A stretch of DNA of 64,000 nucleotides, taken from NCBI GenBank assembly GCA_002269645.1, contig NIVC01000067.1, forward strand, positions 310,001 through 374,000. Reading direction: 5' to 3'. Numbering within the stretch: position 1 is the stretch's first letter; each line of letters begins with the position of its first letter. The notes beneath the pieces are model-generated. The model worked only from the letters and a program-made list of their open reading frames with translations. It was not told where the DNA came from and did not search any database. Source of the stretch: Macrostomum lignano. Its lineage: Eukaryota. Positions 1-14,371 of this stretch are shown in pieces. Position numbers and translations under genes: made by a program.

Positions 1-354
1 GTGAGAGTCTAACTGCTCAGCTGTGTGAGAGTCTAACTGCTCAACTGCGTGAGAGTCTAACTGCTCAACTGCGTGAGAGTCTAACTGCTCAGCTGTGTGA
101 GAGTCTAACTGCTCAGCTGTGTGAGAGTCTAACTGCTCAGCTGTGTGAGAGTCTAACTGCTCAGCTGTGAGAGTCTAACTGCTCAGCTGTGTGAGAGTCT
201 AACTGCTCAGCTGTGTGAGAGTCTAACTGCTCAGCTGTGTGAGAGTCTAACTGCTCAGCTGTGAGAGAGTCTAACTGCTCAGGTGTGAGAGTCTAACTGC
301 TCAGCTGTGTGAGAGTCTAACTGCTCAGCTGTGTGAGAGTCTAACTGCTCAATA
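1..354. repeat. 24-bp tandem repeat (GTGAGAGTCTAACTGCTCAGCTGT)n, runs off window start
   Basis: About 14 near-identical units visible directly. Confidence 0.95.
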
Positions 355-1173
355 GCGTGATCGGGTTTTCGAAATTGCGAGAGACCCTGGCTTAAAGTGA
401 TCGTGAGAGTCTAATTGCTTTTAGTTTGAGACTCTTGAACAATATTTGTCAAATTGTACACGTAAATCATTTGACAGATATCTACCTCTCTGCACGGTTG
501 ATCAAAGTTGCTAAAGCATGTTATTATAGCTGAGAGAAGAAACCAGAACAGCACATACTGTACTTTGTAGTTTATGAATTTATTTGTTGCTGCTTATTGC
601 AGACTTAGTAAGATTTGATAATTGAACAATAAGGACATATTCACGTATACTGTAAACTATGTACATTAGTTTATAAATTTTATGTCCACGATAATTGTTC
701 ACTTTCGAATGAAATTATGGCCTCCGCACAGTACACTCGATAGTACCTATTGCGGTCTGTGAAACGATTTGATCTAAATATAAAACACATATACACGTAC
801 GTCTACACGCCAATGATCTCATCTTTACTCTATTATGAAAATACATTCATAATAGAGTAAAGATTTTAATTTTTACTAAACATTACTACATTAATTTTTT
901 GGCAGCAGAGGCCTAAAAACATGTGCAGGTGTCATTTTTAGCATTATAATTTTCTCGAAGAACACAATATTTTATTTTTGCACTGAGTGGTTGGTTGAAA
1001 TTTAAATAGTGTAGCGAGTCCGGGAAGTTTTAGATTCACTTAGCGAAGGCGAAGGAGACTAGGTGCGCTACTATTAGTAGCATATGTTGAGCAGCTACGC
1101 CTGTCAGGCCTGGACGATTTACATAAGAAATCGTTCTGTCTTACGAGTACTATAAAATGCGTAAACTGATCTG

Positions 1174-1435
1174 GGGCCTTTTCATATAATTACCAATTCC
1201 AGAACCAGAATCGGTTCTGAATTCCAAGAAAAACAGCAGTATAACTATTAAACTCTGTTAATATTTGACTGCCTTAACAACCTAACTTGGCACAATTTTT
1301 CACTTTCTTCTTGGCGATTTTCGTTCAATAATAAAAACTTATAGCACGTATCTCCCTCTAGTTATGGAGACAAAAAGTTATACTTCACAAATTGGTTCTG
1401 GTTCTGGAACCAGAACAAGCAATATGAAAAGGCCC
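1174..1435. mobile_element. Harbinger/Tourist-type MITE
   Basis: 13-bp TIR GGGCCTTTTCATA/TATGAAAAGGCCC; 3-bp CTG (CWG) duplication at 1171-1173 and 1436-1438; non-coding. Confidence 0.75.
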
Positions 1436-2292
1436 CTGCTCTGCTCTGATTATTTATCACAACGTGCTGCGGTTTTCAAATGTTAATTTGATTGACATTT
1501 GAAAGGCTCGTCCAAGGCTCGGCTGCCATACTCTTGTCTTACAGAAATTAAGACTAATGTCTATAGGCCCCTAACTTATTTACATGTTAACTTACATGTT
1601 AAGTAGGAGTCGAATTTCTTGTTCAACCGTTACAATATAGTTATCTGCGAATTTTGCATGCATGTATTGTATTGTATGCAAATTATAATATAGCATAAAA
1701 CTGTAACTTATAAAATGGAAATGTGAAGCAGTTTGAGAGTTGTTTCTAGTAGGTCTAGGATTTTATTTTATTAAAAACTTAATTTCATAGGCTCTGGAAA
1801 ATATAAATTTGTATTTTTATACTTTTTCTTTGGAAGTCACCAGGCCTAGCTATTGCTATTATCTTGACATTAAAGGCTAAATTATTTATTTAGTAAACCT
1901 GTTTGCCATGTCTTGTTTTCATAAAAACTAAACAAAATTGTCTAAAAATGAAATCTTTCTATTAGATAAAATAATACTGTTTGGCTAAAAGGCCTAGGCC
2001 TATGACTTATTCATGGTCTTTCAATACCAATTTCAATACCAATTAATTAAAATATCTGAAATCAAGTATAATAGGCCTATATAGGCTACCCTAAAGCTTG
2101 ACTAATGTGAAATTAAAATTAAAGAAATAAATATAGGTCTAAATGACATTTCAAATATTCAAATAATATAAATTCTGTTTAATAAGCAAAATCCAATTTA
2201 GATTAGGCCTAGAAATAGAAATTAGATTTTTATAAAAAGGTCATTTCTTAAGCAAATTTTAAACATAGTCTATATGCAATATACAATATATT

Positions 2293-2468
2293 CAGGGGCA
2301 GACCCAGGATTTTATCGAGGAGGGGCAAGCCTCACGTCTGGTCAAGCCAAAGCTGCAATTAGGGTACCATGATACCAATATAGCATGATACCAATACATC
2401 TGAGGATTTTTTGGCAGAGCTAAGGGGGGGGGCATGGCCCCCTTGGCCCCTCTTTTGGTCTGCCCCTG
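2293..2468. mobile_element. hAT-type MITE
   Basis: 12-bp TIR CAGGGGCAGACC/GGTCTGCCCCTG; 8-bp duplication AATATATT at 2285-2292 and 2469-2476. Confidence 0.8.
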
Positions 2469-3750
2469 AATATATTTATAATATATAAATTATAATAGTG
2501 TTGTTTCTTTGTTTCTTGTTTTATAACAAAATATACAAAACATCAAAACAATTATTTCTTGTATAGGCCCTATACATTTTTAAATATTGTCCTAATAGTC
2601 ATTACTCATTTTATAACAAAATTCATTATATATTTAAAAAATAGAAATTTTCAAAAGCATAAAACTTTTAGTTACTTTGCCATTTATTGTATAACAGGCC
2701 TAGGAATACTTTTATTTCATAGAAAAAAAATTAAACCTATATAAAATTAAGGGTGGGGTTGGGTACAGTGGATAGGGCCTACCAAAAACCAGAAGGCAAT
2801 TAAGTGCCTGCAGTGCTAAAATGAGTGCCTGCGATGCCAAAATGAGTGCCTGTGGCACCAAAATAAGTTGCCTGTAGCACTAAAATGAGTGTCTGCAGCA
2901 TTAAAATGAGTGCCTGTGGCGCCAACTTACTTTCGTTTTTACTGTCTCATGGGGACTATATTCCAAGAGTCTATAAAAGTGACATACCATTTAAAAGAAG
3001 GTATTCTTATCTACAAAATGAGATAAAGTTTTGACAATCTGCTCGATAGATACTCAAGAAAATTAGCAATATTGATAGAAATTTTTGAAATAATATGCGT
3101 TTTGAAGTTTTTTCTTGATTTGGGATGTCTGTAGAAAAATTGCTCTACAGACCACTATTTTTAACTTACATTCAAAACGAAACACTTTTTGAATTCAGTG
3201 TTAAATTTTCTACAAAGTGATACAACACACATACCAATCTGATAAATAGTTCAGCAAAAAATGCCACTGTTCGGTTGATGATACCAAATTGACTGTTCGG
3301 TTCGGTTTTCAGATCTCGGGATCATCAACCGAACAGAAAAATCTTCAAAACCGAACGAACAAAAATGGTCCAAAAAAACTTATTTTTCGCTCGCTTATTC
3401 TACCTTACAATAAAAAAGATCTTTTTTAAAAAAGAAAAACTCATTTAAGCCACGTAATTGCAAATATTTCGAGCTTAAAAATGTACCAATTTTTATGCAA
3501 AATACATAAGAGGATTATTCCATTCTGACAAAATCTTGCTATTAATTGCTTCTATTTCTACTAAAAGTAGCTAAAAGCAACATATATATTTTCTTTTCAG
3601 AATTCCGCAGCATAAAAAAGAAAATCGAATCAACAAGACAGGCCAAGTTGGATGTGCTAGGCGGCCTACTATAGGCCTAGGCCTAATGGTAGCCGCTTTA
3701 CTGTTAAACGATTTAAGAGTAAAGCCTATTAAACGTCTAATTTAATTTAT

Positions 3751-3928
<178 letters not shown>

Positions 3929-3948
3929 CCACAGGTACAATACAAAAT

Positions 3949-6900
3949 TTGATACATGTAGATTGGTGGACTGAAGCAGTTAGAGAGGCGCCCACATGTA
4001 GATTGATGGATAGAAGCAGTTATAGAGAGGCGCCCTTGATACATGTAGATTGATGGATAGAAGCAGTTAGAGAGGCGCCCTTGATACATGTAGATTGATG
4101 GATAGAAGCAGTTAGAGAGGCGCCCTTGATACATGTAGATTGATGGATAGAAGCAGTTAGAGAGGCGCCCTTGATACATGTAGATTGATGGATCGAAGCA
4201 GTTAGAGAGGCGCTCTTGATACATGTAGATTGATGAACAGCCGTTAGAGAGGCGCCCATGATACATGTAGATTGATGGATAGAAGCAGTTAGAGAGGCGC
4301 TCTTGATACATGTAGATTGATGGATAGAAGCAGTTAGAGAGGCGCCCTTGATACATGTAGATTGATGGATAGAAGCAGTTAGAGAGGCGCTCTTGATACA
4401 TGTAGATTGATGGATAGAAGCAGTTAGAGAGGCGCTCTTGATACATGTAGATTGATGAACAGCCGTTAGAGAGGCGCCCATGATACATGTAGATTGATGG
4501 ATAGAAGCAGTTAGAGAGGCGCTCTTGATACATGTAGATTGATGGATAGAAGCAGTTAGAGAGGCGCTCTTGATACATGTAGATTGATGGATAGAAGCAG
4601 TTAGAGAGGCGCTCTTGATACATGTAGATTGATGGATAGAAGCAGTTAGAGAGGCGCCCTTGATACATGTAGATTGATGGATAGAAGCAGTTAGAGAGGC
4701 GCTCTTGATACATGTAGATTGATGGATAGAAGCAGTTAGAGAGGCGCTCTTGATACATGTAGATTGATGGATAGAAGCAGTTATAGAGAGGCGCCCTTGA
4801 TACATGTAGATTGATGGATAGAAGCAGTTAGAGAGGCGCTCTTGATACATGTAGATTGATGAACAGCCGTTAGAGAGGCGCCCATGATACATGTAGATTG
4901 ATGGATAGAAGCAGTTAGAGAGGCGCTCTTGATACATGTAGATTGATGGATAGAAGCAGTTAGAGAGGCGCTCTTGATACATGTAGATTGATGGATAGAA
5001 GCAGTTAGAGAGGCGCTCTTGATACATGTAGATTGATGGATAGAAGCAGTTAGAGAGGCGCCCTTGATACATGTAGATTGATGGATAGAAGCAGTTAGAG
5101 AGGCGCCCTTGATACATGTAGATTGATGGATAGAAGCAGTTAGAGAGGCGCTCTTGATACATGTAGATTGATGGATAGAAGCAGTTAGAGAGGCGTTCTT
5201 GATACATGTAGATTGATGGATAGAAGCAGTTAGAGAGGCGCCCTTGATACATGTAGATTGATGGATAGAAGCAGTTAGAGAGGCGCCCTTGATACATGTA
5301 GATTGATGGATAGAAGCAGTTAGAGAGGCGCCCTTGATACATGTAGATTGATGGATAGAAGCAGTTAGAGAGGCGCCCTTGATACATGTAGATTGATGGA
5401 TAGAAGCAGTTAGAGAGGCGCCCTTGATACATGTAGATTGATGGATCGAAGCAGTTAGAGAGGCGCTCTTGATACATGTAGATTGATGAACAGCCGTTAG
5501 AGAGGCGCCCATGATACATGTAGATTGATGGATAGAAGCAGTTAGAGAGGCGCTCTTGATACATGTAGATTGATGGATAGAAGCAGTTAGAGAGGCGCTC
5601 TTGATACATGTAGATTGATGGATAGAAGCAGTTATAGAGAGGCGCCCTTGATACATGTAGATTGATGGATAGAAGCAGTTAGAGAGGCGCTCTTGATACA
5701 TGTAGATTGATGGATAGAAGCAGTTATAGAGAGGCGCTCTTGATACATGTAGATTGATGGATAGAAGCAGTTATAGAGAGGCGCCCTTGATACATGTAGA
5801 TTGATGGATAGAAGCAGTTAGAGAGGCGCCCTTGATACATGTAGATTGATGGATAGAAGCAGTTAGAGAGGCGCCCTTGATACATGTAGATTGATGGATA
5901 GAAGCAGTTAGAGAGGCGCTCTTGATACATGTAGATTGATGGATAGAAGCAGTTAGAGAGGCGCTCTTGATACATGTAGATTGATGAACAGCCGTTAGAG
6001 AGGCGCCCATGATACATGTAGATTGATGGATAGAAGCAGTTAGAGAGGCGCTCTTGATACATGTAGATTGATGGATAGAAGCAGTTAGAGAGGCGCTCTT
6101 GATACATGTAGATTGATGGATAGAAGCAGTTAGAGAGGCGCTCTTGATACATGTAGATTGATGGATAGAAGCAGTTAGAGAGGCGCCCTTGATACATGTA
6201 GATTGATGGATAGAAGCAGTTAGAGAGGCGCTCTTGATACATGTAGATTGATGGATAGAAGCAGTTAGAGAGGCGCTCTTGATACATGTAGATTGATGGA
6301 TAGAAGCAGTTAGAGAGGCGCCCTTGATACATGTAGATTGATGGATAGAAGCAGTTAGAGAGGCGCTCTTGATACATGTAGATTGATGAACAGCCGTTAG
6401 AGAGGCGCCCATGATACATGTAGATTGATGGATAGAAGCAGTTAGAGAGGCGCTCTTGATACATGTAGATTGATGGATAGAAGCAGTTAGAGAGGCGCTC
6501 TTGATACATGTAGATTGATGGATAGAAGCAGTTAGAGAGGCGCTCTTGATACATGTAGATTGATGGATAGAAGCAGTTAGAGAGGCGCCCTTGATACATG
6601 TAGATTGATGGATAGAAGCAGTTAGAGAGGCGCCCTTGATACATGTAGATTGATGGATAGAAGCAGTTAGAGAGGCGCTCTTGATACATGTAGATTGATG
6701 GATAGAAGCAGTTAGAGAGGCGTTCTTGATACATGTAGATTGATGGATAGAAGCAGTTAGAGAGGCGCCCTTGATACATGTAGATTGATGGATAGAAGCA
6801 GTTAGAGAGGCGCCCTTGATACATGTAGATTGATGGATAGAAGCAGTTAGAGAGGCGCCCTTGATACATGTAGATTGATGGATAGAAGCAGTTAGAGAGG

Positions 6901-9900
6901 CGCCCTTGATACATGTAGATTGATGGATAGAAGCAGTTAGAGAGGCGCCCTTGATACATGTAGATTGATGGATCGAAGCAGTTAGAGAGGCGCTCTTGAT
7001 ACATGTAGATTGATGAACAGTTAGAGAGGCGCCCATGATACATGTAGATTGATGGATAGAAGCAGTTAGAGAGGCGCTCTTGATACATGTAGATTGATGG
7101 ATAGAAGCAGTTAGAGAGGCGCTCTTGATACATGTAGATTGATGGATAGAAGCAGTTATAGAGAGGCGCCCTTGATACATGTAGATTGATGGATAGAAGC
7201 AGTTAGAGAGGCGCTCTTGATACATGTAGATTGATGGATAGAAGCAGTTATAGAGAGGCGCTCTTGATACATGTAGATTGATGGATAGAAGCAGTTATAG
7301 AGAGGCGCCCTTGATACATGTAGATTGATGGATAGAAGCAGTTAGAGAGGCGCCCTTGATACATGTAGATTGATGGATAGAAGCAGTTAGAGAGGCGCCC
7401 TTGATACATGTAGATTGATGGATAGAAGCAGTTAGAGAGGCGCTCTTGATACATGTAGATTGATGGATAGGAGCAGTTATAGAGAGGCGCCCTTGATACA
7501 TGTAGATTGATGGATAGAAGCAGTTAGAGAGGCGCCCTTGATACATGTAGATTGATGGATAGAAGCAGTTAAAGAGGCGCCCACATGTAGATTGATGGAT
7601 AGAAGCAGTTAGAGAGGCGCCCTTGATACATGTAGATTGATGGATAGAAGCAGTTAGAGAGGCGCTCTTGATACATGTAGATTGATGGATAGAAGCAGTT
7701 AGAGAGGCGCTCTTGATACATGTAGATTGATGGATAGAAGCAGTTAGAGAGGCGTTCTTGATACATGTAGATTGATGGATAGAAGCAGTTAGAGAGGCGC
7801 CCTTGATACATGTAGATTGATGGATAGAAGCAGTTAGAGAGGCGCCCTTGATACATGTAGATTGATGGATAGAAGCAGTTAGAGAGGCGCCCTTGATACA
7901 TGTAGATTGATGGATAGAAGCAGTTAGAGAGGCGCCCTTGATACATGTAGATTGATGGATAGAAGCAGTTAGAGAGGCGCCCTTGATACATGTAGATTGA
8001 TGGATCGAAGCAGTTAGAGAGGCGCTCTTGATACATGTAGATTGATGAACAGCCGTTAGAGAGGCGCCCATGATACATGTAGATTGATGGATAGAAGCAG
8101 TTAGAGAGGCGCTCTTGATACATGTAGATTGATGGATAGAAGCAGTTAGAGAGGCGCTCTTGATACATGTAGATTGATGGATAGAAGCAGTTATAGAGAG
8201 GCGCCCTTGATACATGTAGATTGATGGATAGAAGCAGTTAGAGAGGCGCTCTTGATACATGTAGATTGATGGATAGAAGCAGTTATAGAGAGGCGCTCTT
8301 GATACATGTAGATTGATGGATAGAAGCAGTTATAGAGAGGCGCCCTTGATACATGTAGATTGATGGATAGAAGCAGTTAGAGAGGCGCCCTTGATACATG
8401 TAGATTGATGGATAGAAGCAGTTAGAGAGGCGCCCTTGATACATGTAGATTGATGGATAGAAGCAGTTAGAGAGGCGCTCTTGATACATGTAGATTGATG
8501 GATAGGAGCAGTTATAGAGAGGCGCCCTTGATACATGTAGATTGATGGATAGAAGCAGTTAGAGAGGCGCCCTTGATACATGTAGATTGATGGATAGAAG
8601 CAGTTAAAGAGGCGCCCACATGTAGATTGATGGATAGAAGCAGTTAGAGAGGCGCCCTTGATACATGTAGATTGATGGATAGAAGCAGTTAGAGAGGCGC
8701 TCTTGATACATGTAGATTGATGGATAGAAGCAGTTAGAGATGCGCTCTTGATACATGTAGATTGATGGATAGAAGCAGTTAGAGAGGCGCTCTTGATACA
8801 TGTAGATTGATGGATAGAAGCAGTTAGAGAGGCGCCCTTGATACATGTAGATTGATGGATAGAAGCAGTTAGAGAGGCGCTCTTGATACATGTAGATTGA
8901 TGGATAGAAGCAGTTAGAGAGGCGCTCTTGATACATGTAGATTGATGGATAGAAGCAGTTAGAGAGGCGCCCTTGATACATGTAGATTGATGGATAGAAG
9001 CAGTTAGAGAGGCGCTCTTGATACATGTAGATTGATGGATAGAAGCAGTTAGAGAGGCGCTCTTGATACATGTAGATTGATGGATAGAAGCAGTTAGAGA
9101 GGCGCTCTTGATACATGTAGATTGATGGATAGAAGCAGTTAGAGAGGCGCCCTTGATACATGTAGATTGATGGATAGAAGCAGTTAGAGAGGCGCCCTTG
9201 ATACATGTAGATTGATGGATAGAAGCAGTTAGAGAGGCGCCCTTGATACATGTAGATTGATGGATAGAAGCAGTTAGAGAGGCGCCCTTGATACATGTAG
9301 ATTGATGGATCGAAGCAGTTAGAGAGGCGCTCTTGATACATGTAGATTGATGAACAGCCGTTAGAGAGGCGCCCATGATACATGTAGATTGATGGATAGA
9401 AGCAGTTAGAGAGGCGCTCTTGATACATGTAGATTGATGGATAGAAGCAGTTAGAGAGGCGCTCTTGATACATGTAGATTGATGGATAGAAGCAGTTATA
9501 GAGAGGCGCCCTTGATACATGTAGATTGATGGATAGAAGCAGTTAGAGAGGCGCTCTTGATACATGTAGATTGATGGATAGAAGCAGTTATAGAGAGGCG
9601 CTCTTGATACATGTAGATTGATGGATAGAAGCAGTTATAGAGAGGCGCCCTTGATACATGTAGATTGATGGATAGAAGCAGTTAGAGAGGCGCCCTTGAT
9701 ACATGTAGATTGATGGATAGAAGCAGTTAGAGAGGCGCCCTTGATACATGTAGATTGATGGATAGAAGCAGTTAGAGAGGCGCTCTTGATACATGTAGAT
9801 TGATGGATAGGAGCAGTTATAGAGAGGCGCCCTTGATACATGTAGATTGATGGATAGAAGCAGTTAGAGAGGCGCCCTTGATACATGTAGATTGATGGAT

Positions 9901-11086
9901 AGAAGCAGTTAAAGAGGCGCCCACATGTAGATTGATGGATAGAAGCAGTTAGAGAGGCGCCCTTGATACATGTAGATTGATGGATAGAAGCAGTTAGAGA
10001 GGCGCTCTTGATACATGTAGATTGATGGATAGAAGCAGTTAGAGAGGCGCTCTTGATACATGTAGATTGATGGATAGAAGCAGTTAGAGAGGCGCTCTTG
10101 ATACATGTAGATTGATGGATAGAAGCAGTTAGAGAGGCGCCCTTGATACATGTAGATTGATGGATAGAAGCAGTTAGAGAGGCGCTCTTGATACATGTAG
10201 ATTGATGGATAGAAGCAGTTAGAGAGGCGCTCTTGATACATGTAGATTGATGGATAGAAGCAGTTAGAGAGGCGCCCTTGATACATGTAGATTGATGGAT
10301 AGAAGCAGTTAGAGAGGCGCCTTGATACATGTAGATTGATGGATAGAAGCAGTTAGAGAGGCGCTCTTGATACATGTAGATTGATGGATAGAAGCAGTTA
10401 GAGAGGCGCTCTTGATACATGTAGATTGATGGATAGAAGCAGTTAGAGAGGCGCCCTTGATACATGTAGATTGATGGATAGAAGCAGTTAGAGAGGCGCC
10501 CTTGATACATGTAGATTGATGGATAGAAGCAGTTAGAGAGGCGCTCTTGATACATGTAGATTGATGGATAGAAGCAGTTAGAGAGGCGCCCTTGATACAT
10601 GTAGATTGATGGATAGAAGCAGTTATAGAGAGGCGCCCTTGATACATGTAGATTGATGGATAGAAGCAGTTAGAGAGGCGCTCTTGATACATGTAGATTG
10701 ATGGATAGAAGCAGTTAGAGAGGCGCTCTTGATACATGTAGATTGATGGATAGAAGCAGTTAGAGAGGCGCTCTTGATACATGTAGATTGATGGATAGAA
10801 GCAGTTATAGAGAGGCGCCTTGATACATGTAGATTGATGGATAGAAGCAGTTATAGAGAGGCGCTCTTGATACATGTAGATTGATGGATAGAAGCAGTTA
10901 GAGAGGCGCTCTTGATACATGTAGATTGATGGATAGAAGCAGTTAGAGAGGCGCTCTTGATACATGTAGATTGATGGATAGAAGCAGTTAGAGAGGCGCT
11001 CTTGCTTGATACATGTAGATTGATGGATAGAAGCAGTTAGAGAGGCGCTCTTGATATTGATGGATAGAAGCAGTTAGAGAGGCGCT
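3949..11086. repeat. 45-bp satellite (TTGATACATGTAGATTGATGGATAGAAGCAGTTAGAGAGGCGCYC)n, ~7.1 kb
   Basis: Unit repeated ~155 times with 42- and 47-bp variants; explains all ORF-track entries 3742-10965. Confidence 0.97.
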
Positions 11087-12151
11087 TTTTTGAAAATTGA
11101 ATAGAAAAGAGGTTTGACATTATTGTAAAAATTTAATGTACTTTACCTTAAAAGTTGGTTGAATTGTAAAGTAAATTTGGTAGACTACACTTTCTTGTTA
11201 ATGCGCTTTCGATTGATAGGCCTTACTCGAGAGCTTTACTCCAGCATATATTTCAAAAATGGCCTAAGGATAAAAAAGATAGATAGCTACTCAAGAGCCT
11301 TGCTTTCTTTGAGCTAGCCTATGCCTAGTTTAAAAGCTGGCCTGTAGTGATGCAATCCTAGGCCTACCAATGTAAGAGTCAACCTACGAGTACTTGAGCT
11401 GTGGGATTTCCAACCAGCCAATGGGAATCAGACCGCGAGTTTTTACTCTTGTATGACTAGGCCTAACGTGAACTCCCACATTCACATGCCACTGCCAGGC
11501 TCCATAACCTTATATTTGAGCAGAACTAGGACCATTGCGCGTAGGCCTACTGATCGGTCTAGGCCTCATCAATAGAACCGGTATCGGCGCAGCGGGGGGG
11601 TGAGGCAGATCGAGAGGGCTGCTGCCCCCGGATGACCCTCCGGACCACCCTACCATCCCTTCGAGGGGTATGAGCAGCTCGTTGTATTGCGAGATTTTAG
11701 CTTAATGCACTGCTCTAATTTTAAAAATTCGCTGGGGGAGGGGGGTCACCACCCAAACACCGCCCTCTTAATCAGCAAGGGCGGATTTACTTGGAACCCC
11801 CCAAAATGAAACTCTAGATCCGCCACTGTTAATCAGAGGTGCAGCATCGCAACTGATTTGAACCAACATCGAAAGCAAAAATACATTTAGCCTATCGGCC
11901 ATTTCCGTCACTAGTTAGGGCCTAAAGCAAAACGTAGGCCTATAGTACTCGTATAGGCCTAAAATACCTAAATACTTCAATTTTAAAGAATACAAATTAA
12001 AGATACATATCTACATAATTTAATTCTTAACTGTACATGAACTCCTAGTTTTCTCTAAGAACTCATCCTAGACTTATAGTTATCAATTATTATAACTAAC
12101 ATAATTAGCCCTAATTAGTGTTTCAGTGAATTAAAAACAGCAAAATGTTTT

Positions 12152-13153
12152 CTGTGATTGAGTGAAAATGCTGAGCTGGGTCAGACTCAGCTCATTCTGA
12201 ATGCATGATGGACTCACGTGCTGGGACACACAGAGACAGTTGGAGAAGGAATCGGCCTGTTTGATGAAGAGGTTATAGCGGCTCTCAAGTCCTCTCTTTC
12301 TGTGTTTGAGTGAAAATGCTGAGCTGGGTCAGACTCAGCTCATTCTGAATGCATGATGGACTCACGTGCTGGGACACACAGAGACAGTTAGAGAAGGAAT
12401 CGGCCTGTTTGATGAAGAGGTTATAGCGGCTCTCAAGTCCTCTCTTTCTGTGTTTGAGTGAAAATGCTGAGCTGGGTCAGACTCAGCTCATTCTGAATGC
12501 ATTATGGACTCACGTGCTGGGACACACAGAGACAGTTAGAGAAGGAATAGGCCTGTTTGATGAAGAGGTTATAGCGGCTCTCAAGTCCTCTCTTTCTGTG
12601 TTTGAGTGAAAATGCTGAGCTGGGTCAGACTCAGCTCATTCTGAATGCATGATGGACTCACGTGCTGGGACACACAGAGACAGTTAGAGAAGGAATCGGC
12701 CTGTTTGATGAAGAGGTTATAGCGGCTCTCAAGTCCTCTCTTTCTGTGATTGAGTGAAAATGCTGAGCTGGGTCAGACTCAGCTCATTCTGAATGCATGA
12801 TGGACTCACGTGCTGGGACACACAGAGACAGTTAGAGAAGGAATCGGCCTGTTTGATGAAGAGGTTATAGCGGCTCTCAAGTCCTCTCTTTCTGTGATTG
12901 AGTGAAAATGCTGAGCTGGGTCAGACTCAGCTCATTCTGAATGCATGATGGACTCACGTGCTGGGACACACAGAGACAGTTAGAGAAGGAATCGGCCTGT
13001 TTGATGAAGAGGTTATAGCGGCTCTCAAGTCCTCTCTTTCTGTGATTGAGTGAAAATGCTGAGCTGGGTCAGACTCAGCTCATTCTGAATGCATTATGGA
13101 CTCACGTGCTGGGACACACAGAGACAGTTAGAGAAGGAATCGGCCTGTTTGAT
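12152..13153. repeat. 148-bp tandem repeat, ~6.8 copies
   Basis: AGTGAAAATG recurs at 12161, 12309, 12457, 12605, 12753, 12901, 13049. Confidence 0.95.
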
Positions 13154-13805
13154 TTCTTCGGCTATAGCTTTAAGTTCCTTTTGTGTCTAGGGCCTAGTCA
13201 AGTGACTGAAGGCTTAGTTTTGGTTTTATCTACAAACGATATTTTTAAAAAGAGTATAATATGCTCCAAAATTGGTAGTGGGCCAACAAACGACAGGGGA
13301 ACATCTCGGCGGGGCTTTTCGCATTTTTACGTAGACCGATGTCAGAGTCATTTTAGTTTGTCATGGGCAACTCTGTTTCTATTTAGACCCTTGCCATACG
13401 CCGTACACCATCAACATTTGAGCCAAATTGAGCCGAGTTGTCTAGGTGCGAAAAATTGGTTGGGCAGACTGTTTACGATAAGGGCTGTCTATTAGTCCAG
13501 TTTTACAGCGAACAGAAATGAAAATTCGCAAGTCCGTAGGAAGGATTCGGTTCAAATTTAAGCACGATTTTTCCTACCAAACAGTCAATCGTATTGTGCA
13601 GAATCCATGGGCCATACTCTTATAGGGGTAATATGCAAATTGATCTGCATATCCTTATCTTTCTGTTAACTCTTGACTGTTGCGCAAACTTCGGTTCGTT
13701 TTCGCACTTTGAATCGACTCATGCACGTTCTAAGCATGCTAGCTAGACCAAACGAAATGTCAGAAACTTAATCTCGTATGGAAGCTCCTAGAAGTATGTA
13801 TGGAA

Positions 13806-14371
13806 GATGGAGAGGAAGGGGCGATGGAGAAGAAGGGGCGGATAGAGAAGAAGGGGCGGATAGAGAGGAAGGGGTGGATGGAGAGGAAGGGGCGGATGGA
13901 GAGGAAGGGGCGGATGGAGAGGAAGGGGTGGATGGAGAGGAAGGGGTGGATGGAGAGGAAGGGGCGAATGGAGAGGAAGGGGCGGATGGAGAGGAAGGGC
14001 GGATGGAGAGGAAGGGGCGGATGGAGAGGAAGGGGCGGATGGAGAGGAAGGGGCGGATGGAGAGGAAGGGGCGGATGGAGAGGAAGGGGCGGATGGAGAG
14101 GAAGGGGCGGATGGAGAGGAAGGGGCGGATGGAGAGGAAGGGGCGGATGGAGAGGAAGGGGCGGATGGAGAGGAAGGGGCGGATGAAGAGGAAGGGGCGG
14201 ATGGAGAGGAAGGGGCGGATGGAGAGGAAGGGGCGGATGGAGAGGAAGGGGCGGATGGAGAGGAAGGGGCGGATGGAGAGGAAGGGGCGGATGGAGAGGA
14301 AGGGGCGGATGGAGAGGAAGGGGCGGATGGAGAGGAAGGGGCGGATGGAGGGAAGGGGCGGATGGAGAGGA
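13806..14371. repeat. 18-bp purine-rich minisatellite (GATGGAGAGGAAGGGGCG)n
   Basis: Direct observation. Confidence 0.95.

Noticed and set aside
12152-13153. Satellite-encoded hammerhead ribozyme
   Set aside because: TGATGA precedes a stem, but the core reads TTGATGA and the stem is followed by CTTTC, not GAAA. The minus strand also lacks the core.
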